DNA of 39,587 bases, from assembly GCA_041739675.1 (NCBI GenBank), contig JBGSNL010000084.1, forward strand, positions 1 through 39,587, read 5' to 3'. Below are positions 33,398 through 39,587 of this stretch, piece after piece. The DNA is from a bacterium (GTDB lineage Bacteria > UBA10199 > 2-02-FULL-44-16 > DYJF01). Made by a program: the position numbers and the translations under genes. Position 1 is the stretch's first letter, and each line of letters starts with the position of its first letter. The notes under the pieces were generated by a model that was not told where the DNA came from, searched no databases, and was given only the letters and a program-made list of their open reading frames with translations.

Positions 33398-34262
33398 TTT
33401 GCTTTTTTTCGATTCCCTCGCCCACCTGGAATCTCACAAACTTGTCGACCTTGATTCCGGGATCGATTTTTGAAAGCGCCTTTCCGACAGTGAGTTTTCC
33501 TTCCGGATCGCGCACGAAGATCTGGTCTTCAAGGCAGACTTCCGAATAATATTTCGAAAGCTTGCCCGTTACGATCTTTTCCATGATCTCGGGCGGCTTG
33601 TTCTCTTTTGCCATCTGGGCCATGAGAATCTCTTTTTCCTTGGTCAGCACCGTCTGCGGCACTTCTTCTTTTCTCACGAAATGCGGGCTCATCGCCGCGA
33701 TATGCATGGCAACCTCGCGCGCCTGCGCGTCTGTCAGTTTCGACGCAGGATCATTGAAGCTCACCATTACGCCGATCTTGCTGCCGGCGTGGATGTACTG
33801 CGCGATTTTCGTCGTCTTGCCGTCGGCTTCCCACCTCACAAAGCGCCTGACGCCAAGCTTCTCCCTTATCTTTGCAACGAGGTTCGTCTCCAGTTCGCGG
33901 ATCGCCGTGCCCTGATGATTAATGCCTAAAAGCGCGTCCAGGTCCTTCGGATTCTTTTCGCGCACGATCTCGGTCAATGTCTTAACGTAATCTTGAAAAT
34001 CCGGGGTCTTCACGACGAAGTCGGTCTCACAATTCACCTCGACCAAAACGCCCACTTTACCGTCGCCGGCAAAGTAGCTGCCTATAGTTCCGTCCGCTGC
34101 TGTGCGCCCCTGCTTCTTCGCGGCGGTGGCGATTCCCCATTTTCTCAAAAGCTCGTTTGCCTTTTCCATGTCGCCCGCTGCCTCGCCAAGCGCCTTTTTG
34201 CAGTCCATCATTCCGGCGCCGGTTTTTTCACGAAGATTTTTAACTTGTTCAGGTGTGATCAT
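33390..34262 (-). CDS. tsf: Elongation factor Ts
   Basis: LREKTGAGMMDCKKAL, EVNCETDFV, AMHIAA. Confidence 0.98.
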   Translation of the reverse strand: MITPEQVKNLREKTGAGMMDCKKALGEAAGDMEKANELLRKWGIATAAKKQGRTAADGTIGSYFAGDGKVGVLVEVNCETDFVVKTPDFQDYVKTLTEIVREKNPKDLDALLGINHQGTAIRELETNLVAKIREKLGVRRFVRWEADGKTTKIAQYIHAGSKIGVMVSFNDPASKLTDAQAREVAMHIAAMSPHFVRKEEVPQTVLTKEKEILMAQMAKENKPPEIMEKIVTGKLSKYYSEVCLEDQIFVRDPEGKLTVGKALSKIDPGIKVDKFVRFQVGEGIEKKQNE

Positions 34263-35156
34263 TTATTCATTCTCCTTTTTCTCTTCCTTCTTCTCCACTT
34301 TCACTTTTGCGAACTCGGCCACTTCGGAATCCGCGGCTTTCTCGACCTCGCCCTTTTTGCCGCCGACATAGGCCCTGCCCTTGGCGCCGATCTTTCTCTC
34401 GCGCACCGCGGGTCTTGCCTCTCCCTTTTCCTTCTCGACCTTCGACTGCTGCTCGCGCAACGCCGCCTCGCGCCTCTGCGCGCCCTCCTCGCAGGCGTCC
34501 GCCACTATTTTTGTGAAATATTCGATTGAACGGATCGCGTCGTCGTTGCCGACGATGAGATAATCTATTCCGTCAGGATCGGCGTTCGTGTCCGCAAGCG
34601 CGATCACGGGAACCTTCAATTTATTCGCCTCTAATCTTGCGATCTTTTCTTCAATGGGATCGACCAGGAACACGGCGCCCGGCAGACGGTTCATCGTCCT
34701 GATACCGCCGAGAGATTTTTCGTACTTTACGATCTGACGCTCGATCTGGAGCTGCTCTTTCTTCGGAAGTTTTTCGAGCTCGCCCTTGTCGCGACGCGAG
34801 CACAAAGATTCCATCCGGTCGATCGACTGCTTGATAGTCTTGAAGTTGGTGAGCATTCCGCCCAGCCAGCGGTTGCTGACGTAGTGCTGCTTTGCGCGCT
34901 GCGCCTCGGCAACGATGACGTCGGCCGCCTGCTTTTTTGTTCCCACGAAAAGAACCGAGTTGCCGAGAGCCACCGTATCGACGATGAACTTGAAGGCCCT
35001 CTCGGCTTGCCCCGCGGTCTGTCCCAAATCTATGATATGGATCCCGTCGCGCTCCGTGTAAATGTAGGGACGCATCTTGGGGTTCCATTTTTTTGTCTGA
35101 TGTCCGAAATGAACGCCCGCCTCCAACATCTGTTTCACATCCACAGCAACCGGCAT
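34263..35156 (-). CDS. rpsB: 30S ribosomal protein S2 with a charged C-terminal extension
   Basis: Start MPVAVDV after AAGGAGGAG; AGVHFGH, WNPKM, FVGTK, RWLGGMLTN, NDDAIRS. Confidence 0.98.
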   Translation of the reverse strand: MPVAVDVKQMLEAGVHFGHQTKKWNPKMRPYIYTERDGIHIIDLGQTAGQAERAFKFIVDTVALGNSVLFVGTKKQAADVIVAEAQRAKQHYVSNRWLGGMLTNFKTIKQSIDRMESLCSRRDKGELEKLPKKEQLQIERQIVKYEKSLGGIRTMNRLPGAVFLVDPIEEKIARLEANKLKVPVIALADTNADPDGIDYLIVGNDDAIRSIEYFTKIVADACEEGAQRREAALREQQSKVEKEKGEARPAVRERKIGAKGRAYVGGKKGEVEKAADSEVAEFAKVKVEKKEEKKENE

Positions 35157-35181
35157 AAATTCTCCTCCTTTATACAGTAAT

Positions 35182-35218
35182 GCAGGGAAACCCTTTGTAT
35201 TCACAAGGGAATCCCCGC
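35182..35218 (-). promoter_or_regulatory. rpsB 5' leader stem-loop (candidate S2 autoregulatory RNA element)
   Basis: Minus strand GCGGGGA-TT-CCCTT...AAGGG-TT-TCCCTGC forms a long interrupted stem just upstream of the RBS. Confidence 0.55.
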
Positions 35219-35273
35219 GAAAAATGTTGGACTCCCTTATCATGGCCTGATATATTAATGCAACCTGAAAGAT

Positions 35274-35340
35274 TGTCATTCTGAGCGAAGCGAAGAATCC
35301 CAAGAAACTTCCGGGATCCTTCGCTTCGCTCAGGATGACA
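35274..35340. repeat. Palindromic dispersed repeat, copy 2
   Basis: TGTCATTCTGAGCGAAGCGAAGAATCCC-11 nt-GGGATCCTTCGCTTCGCTCAGGATGACA; 26/28 complementary; left arm identical to the reverse complement of the right arm of copy 1. Confidence 0.92.
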
Positions 35341-35349
35341 CACTAAAAA

Positions 35350-36120
35350 ATGGCAAAAAAACCTTTCCTTATCATAGTGTTGCTCACCATGCTGGTTCCA
35401 GCGGCTTTTGCCGCCGATTACGATCTCTACCTCAAATCGGGGCAAAGGTCGCCTCAGTGGGACGGGATGATCAAGGCGGGTTTCCAGTCATACGACAGCG
35501 GGGACGTCCTGACCGGTCTTGTCTTCCTGCAAAAAGCCTACAATCTGGGTTGCCGTGACGGCCTGCTCCTCTTCAAGATGGGGCTGTATTACGAGACAAA
35601 AAAAGATTACAAACAGGCCGAGAAATATTTCAACGAAGCGGCCGAAAAACTTGCGCAGCAGTATCCCGATTACCCGGAAACAAAAAAGATGCATGAGCAT
35701 CTTGCGCGTCTCTATTATCAGACCGACCAGTTCGACAAGGCGTTGCCCGAGATAGAGGAGGCGCTCAAAACCGCCCCCGACAGCTTCATGCTTCTTTTCA
35801 TGTCGGCACAGATATACAGGGTCCAGAAAAATTACACGCAGGCGATCGCAAATTTTGAAAAGGCGCTCACTGCCCCCTCTCCCTACCCCTCCCCCTCGAG
35901 GGGGGAGGGTAAGGGTGGGGGTGACCCAAAAAAAATCGTCATGACCGAGCTCATGGCCCTCTATTATGAGATGAAAGATTATGGAAATTGTTTGAAATAC
36001 GCGGAGATGATTCTCCAGGTTTTTCCAAAAGACCGCGCCGCCCTCTCCTACCGCCAGCAGATCCAGCAGATGCAGTACAAGCAGCGCGAGCAGGAAGCTA
36101 TAAAGAAAATAATACAGTAA
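35350..36120 (+). CDS. Exported tetratricopeptide-repeat protein
   Basis: Signal peptide MAKKPFLIIVLLTMLVPAAFA; several TPR units (LARLYYQTDQFDKALPEIEEALKTAP). Confidence 0.9.
   Translation: MAKKPFLIIVLLTMLVPAAFAADYDLYLKSGQRSPQWDGMIKAGFQSYDSGDVLTGLVFLQKAYNLGCRDGLLLFKMGLYYETKKDYKQAEKYFNEAAEKLAQQYPDYPETKKMHEHLARLYYQTDQFDKALPEIEEALKTAPDSFMLLFMSAQIYRVQKNYTQAIANFEKALTAPSPYPSPSRGEGKGGGDPKKIVMTELMALYYEMKDYGNCLKYAEMILQVFPKDRAALSYRQQIQQMQYKQREQEAIKKIIQ
35873..35921. repeat. C/G-run palindromic element lying in frame inside the TPR gene
   Basis: CCCCCTCTCCCTACCCCTCCCCC-TCGA-GGGGGGAGGGTAAGGGTGGGGG, encoding PSPYPSPSRGEGKGGG. Confidence 0.8.
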
Positions 36121-36153
36121 AAAAAACCCCGGGACGCTTGCGCGAACCCGGGG
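36119..36153 (-). terminator. Rho-independent terminator of the adhesin gene (between convergent genes)
   Basis: CCCCGGG/CCCGGGG stem followed by T8 on the minus strand. Confidence 0.75.
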
Positions 36154-36177
36154 CCTCTGGGGGAGTCAATTCGTCAG

Positions 36178-39100
36178 CTAGCTAACCCTTTTTCCTTTTC
36201 TCAAGCAGCGGGTCACCGCCCTGTTCACTATCAGGAGCAATCCGAAGAGGTACATCATTGAAGTCGGTGCACTGGCTCCTGCTGAGATCGCGCAACCTTC
36301 GTGGCCGCTCGTCGCGTCGCCGATGTTGGCGGAGGCGTTGAAGAAACCGCCCTGCGTCATTTCATCGTAGTCGGAGTAGCCGTCGAAGTCTGTGTCGGGC
36401 AGCTTCGGATCGGTCTCCAGCTTGCGTCCTTCCGCATCGCGGTCGACCGTTCCGTTGCAGTTCAAGTCTTCGCCGATCCCGCCGATCTGGCCGTCAGGTA
36501 GTCCGTCGCCGTCGGTGTCGGACGAGAGTCCGTTGGTTTCAGAGCCGGCATTGTAATCGCCGTTGCGGTTCGCGTCTTCCAGACCGTCGGTGATGCAATC
36601 GCCGTCGGTATCGGAATTCGTAGCATCGGTCCCGTAGCGAACTTCATACCCGTCGTTCAAACCGTCGCCGTCCGTGTCGGGATTGCTGGCATCCGATTCA
36701 TGGAGGACCGGTTCATATATACCGTTCTGGTTAGAGTCTTCCTGGCCGTCCAGCAAGCCGTCGCCGTCGGTGTCGGGATTACGAGGATCTGTGCCGAGGT
36801 CAGCTTCCTGCCTGTCGGGCAGACCGTCGATGTCCCAATCCGGACCGCCGGTCGTTGTGCTGCAGTGTGCAGCGTCGGAGTATTTCGCGTTGAGCGGGCA
36901 GGCATCTTTTCTGACATGGGGCACGCGGGGATCGCCGTCGTCAACGCTGTCGCCGTCCGAGTCTTTCATGCAGGGATGCGAATCGCTGGTGCTGATCGAG
37001 CCCGTGTATTCCTCATTGTCATCCAGACCGTCGTAGTCGCTGTCCTTCGACCTCGGATCGGAGTAGACATCTATTCCGCCACCGCTAAAGGCATTGAGGT
37101 CCGTGAGCATCTCGATGAAGGGCAGACCCATGATCGGGCGGCCACTGAGTTCAACGCCGTCTTCCAGTGTGTCGCCGTCGGTATCTTTCTTCGTGGGATC
37201 CGTATCGCGCGTGAGCGCCTCGGGACAAAGATCGTTGCCCTGAAGCACGGGATCCGCCGGATCTATGTCGATCCTGCTGTTGTGGTCGCGATCCTCAAGG
37301 TTATCATTGAGATCGTCCCCATCGGTATCCATATATGCCGCGTTCGTGGGCATCGGCCATCCGAACACCTCGTCCGTATCCAGTATTGTGTCGCCGTCGG
37401 AATCCTTTGCGAGCGGATTCAATTCGGTCGTAGCTATTCCGGCAACACCGGGCACCTGATGGTCATACTGGCCGTTCATATCTTTATCTTCCATGCAATC
37501 GCGGATCTCGTCGCCGTCGCGGTCAAGGAAGCAGGAGAGAATTCTGATTCTTTCTCTCGTATAGATCTGCGTAGGATCGCAACCTGAGTATCTCGCCTGT
37601 CCCTCGACAAACTTGTGGTCCGGACCGGCTGTTGCCGGGCAGACGTCGCTCATCTCTCCGCCCTTCCAGCCGTCGATGAAGGTGTCGCCGTCCGAGTCGC
37701 GCTTGTTGAAGAAGAGACCTGTCTCTGTGTCGGCAGCCGTGCAGGAGCCGGTGATCGAGGGATGCTCGACGCAATCCGGGATTCCGTCATCGTCTATATC
37801 GCCGAAGCAGAGGATATTGATCTTCTGATAGTCGATCTTGCTGTCGGTCTTGACCTGCAAGACGTCAGGGATCGAGTCGCCTGCGATTGAACCGTCTTCC
37901 GGTGTGTCAGTCGTCGGGCCGGTATCGCGGAACGCGCGAGGCGATCCGCCTTCGAATACTATATACTTCGGGTTCACGCTGAAGAGCACCTGGTTGGAAC
38001 CCTCAGCGCAGGGAAGCGTTCTGCAGAGGTTGGATTCATCGGTGACTGTCGGACAGGCATCGTTGATTCCATTGAAGTCGGCCGCAGTTGCGCACTTTCC
38101 TTCCCCTTCGTTGGGGACGTTGTTGCCGTCGCACCAGCCGTCGCCGTCGGAATCGACGACGTCGAGCTTGGTTTCGATGTTTCCAACTTCGCGTCTTCCG
38201 TTGAAGTTTGCGGGTGAAGCAAGCATCTGGTTTCTGCAGAGCAGGATTTCCATCTTATTGGCGATGTCGGCAGAAGGCTCCACGGCCGCCGGGAATTCAC
38301 CGCTGTCGCCCAAAAGCTCGGGCGCGCCGTGTACGGTCACGCCGTCGCTCTCGTAGTTAACGATGTACCATGCGAACCATGAACCGACTCTGTCCATGTT
38401 CCTGAGTTCGCAAGGAGCATAGGCGTGTCTTACGCCGGCTTCGTCGCGGTATGGAATCGGGTTCGCGCCGAACACGCTTTCAAAGTGGTAGAGTACGCCC
38501 GTGGTCGGCAGTGTGCCGCCGGCGTTCTGGACGTAGTAGAAGTTCCTGTCTTCCTGATAGTCCTGGCGTCCGTCGTTGTCGCGATCGGGGTCGACTGCGT
38601 TACCCAAGTTGTCGCCGTCCACGTCGTACGGGTCGGTTACCGCTGGGTCGGTCGTACACACTGTCGGCAACGCGTAGGTAGGCGCAGCGACATCGGCAAG
38701 AGAGATACAGTTTCCTTCCTTCTTGTCGCTGATGCCGTCGCCGTCCGTATCGGCCATGTACCAGCAGGATTCCATGACGTCGCAATCGCAATCGCGGTCC
38801 AAATCTTCGTCGTTATCTTTCAAACCGTCGCCGTCACTGTCATAAGTCGACGGCGCAAGCTGATGTGTTGAAGCAGTTCTGTGGCGCCTTCTCTGACACT
38901 CCGCAACGCTCTTGTATCCTACGAATGTCGCGCGCGTGACTGTGCCCGTATCGGTGTCAGGCAGGCCGTCGCCGTCCGTGTCCGTATCCGAAGTGAGCGC
39001 GCTCTCTCCCGTGCGGTCCGCCCAATCGCGATAGCAATCCGCCTGACGGGGATCGTCTGCGATGCTGATCACCTTGCTGGGTTTTCCGATGTAACCGCCG

Positions 39101-39587
39101 CTGATCTCAGGGAGCATGATGATCTGGCCTGCAGCCCCGTCGCCGCTGATCGGCATGGATATCTGGAAAAATCCGTTTTCGTCAGATGTGTTGCCGAGGC
39201 CGAACCCTTCCGAGTTCAAGGTGCCGACGTATCCGTAGAATCCGCCGTGCATCTCGGAGCCGTCAAGGGCCACACCGCCGGTCTTGTAAACTTGGACATG
39301 CTGCGCAACGTTGGAAATCGTGGCCGTGCAATCCGTTATGGATTTGCCGTCCGAGAGATCCACAACCGCGCCGCGTATCAGGATGTAAGGAACCGCCTCT
39401 TCCACACGGGCAATTTCGTGAATCTGGATCGCCACTTTATTTTCCGAAAGAATGTAGTCGCCCGGTCCGGTACCCACCGCCTCTATCATAAAGCGTTGTG
39501 TCTCACCCTCTATGGTGGCAAAACCGTTCGCCTGCGTGGCGCCGATCGTACCGTCGGTCGGTTTCAGTGTGTTTTCGCCCGCGGGAT
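36178..39587 (-). CDS. Large Ca-binding repeat (TSP3-like DxDxDG) surface protein with a MYXO-CTERM-like anchor; 5' end outside the window
   Basis: Frame stays open from 39489 to the window edge; about 20 DxDxDxxxD motifs; many Cys; C-terminus EGCAISAGASAPTS-MMYLFGLLLIV-NRAVTRCLRKGKR. Confidence 0.88.
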   Translation of the reverse strand, partial: PAGENTLKPTDGTIGATQANGFATIEGETQRFMIEAVGTGPGDYILSENKVAIQIHEIARVEEAVPYILIRGAVVDLSDGKSITDCTATISNVAQHVQVYKTGGVALDGSEMHGGFYGYVGTLNSEGFGLGNTSDENGFFQISMPISGDGAAGQIIMLPEISGGYIGKPSKVISIADDPRQADCYRDWADRTGESALTSDTDTDGDGLPDTDTGTVTRATFVGYKSVAECQRRRHRTASTHQLAPSTYDSDGDGLKDNDEDLDRDCDCDVMESCWYMADTDGDGISDKKEGNCISLADVAAPTYALPTVCTTDPAVTDPYDVDGDNLGNAVDPDRDNDGRQDYQEDRNFYYVQNAGGTLPTTGVLYHFESVFGANPIPYRDEAGVRHAYAPCELRNMDRVGSWFAWYIVNYESDGVTVHGAPELLGDSGEFPAAVEPSADIANKMEILLCRNQMLASPANFNGRREVGNIETKLDVVDSDGDGWCDGNNVPNEGEGKCATAADFNGINDACPTVTDESNLCRTLPCAEGSNQVLFSVNPKYIVFEGGSPRAFRDTGPTTDTPEDGSIAGDSIPDVLQVKTDSKIDYQKINILCFGDIDDDGIPDCVEHPSITGSCTAADTETGLFFNKRDSDGDTFIDGWKGGEMSDVCPATAGPDHKFVEGQARYSGCDPTQIYTRERIRILSCFLDRDGDEIRDCMEDKDMNGQYDHQVPGVAGIATTELNPLAKDSDGDTILDTDEVFGWPMPTNAAYMDTDGDDLNDNLEDRDHNSRIDIDPADPVLQGNDLCPEALTRDTDPTKKDTDGDTLEDGVELSGRPIMGLPFIEMLTDLNAFSGGGIDVYSDPRSKDSDYDGLDDNEEYTGSISTSDSHPCMKDSDGDSVDDGDPRVPHVRKDACPLNAKYSDAAHCSTTTGGPDWDIDGLPDRQEADLGTDPRNPDTDGDGLLDGQEDSNQNGIYEPVLHESDASNPDTDGDGLNDGYEVRYGTDATNSDTDGDCITDGLEDANRNGDYNAGSETNGLSSDTDGDGLPDGQIGGIGEDLNCNGTVDRDAEGRKLETDPKLPDTDFDGYSDYDEMTQGGFFNASANIGDATSGHEGCAISAGASAPTSMMYLFGLLLIVNRAVTRCLRKGKRVS

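Noticed and set aside
35157..35303. 49-aa N-terminal extension of RpsB
   Set aside because: It starts inside the palindromic repeat; a strong RBS precedes the ATG at 35156
30577..35340. Composite transposon bounded by the two repeat copies
   Set aside because: The enclosed genes are the conserved rpsB-cdsA operon in normal order, with no transposase
36300..39000. Recurrent GCCGTCGCCGTC DNA motifs as a CRISPR or DNA repeat array
   Set aside because: Irregular spacing; explained by codons for DGDG protein repeats

Overview
Bacterial chromosome segment with deltaproteobacterial-type gene order (inferred from synteny with Geobacter/Myxococcota as I recall it). Mostly housekeeping. The + strand carries a lytic transglycosylase, a Cys4 MerR regulator-nifU-nifS unit, rplM-rpsI, pyrG, and rpoN-hpf-ptsN-hprK-EIIA(Man)-ptsH-ptsI-ahcY-receiver. 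The - strand carries rpsB-tsf-pyrH-frr-uppS-cdsA-dxr-rseP-tsaB-hutH-DUF465-psd-pssA-orf-asd-orf-truA. Where the two blocks converge (13.9-19.5 kb) lies an uncharacterised four-gene cassette with two near-identical sigma54 promoters: two small helical proteins and two large, acidic, signal-peptide-less RTX-like proteins that share modules with each other and with one small protein. Other highlights: an 828-aa apparent polyprotein (CTERM-anchored surface protein + second signal peptide + outer-membrane beta-barrel); a truncated Ca-binding repeat adhesin with a MYXO-CTERM-like tail; a MerR protein as candidate Fe-S sensor for NifU/NifS; palindromic repeats that invade genes; and the absence of kds/lpt, rapZ, metK and ilv/leu genes from their usual syntenic positions. 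No rRNA, tRNA, CRISPR array or transposase was seen. All calls come from reading motifs by eye; no database search was run.
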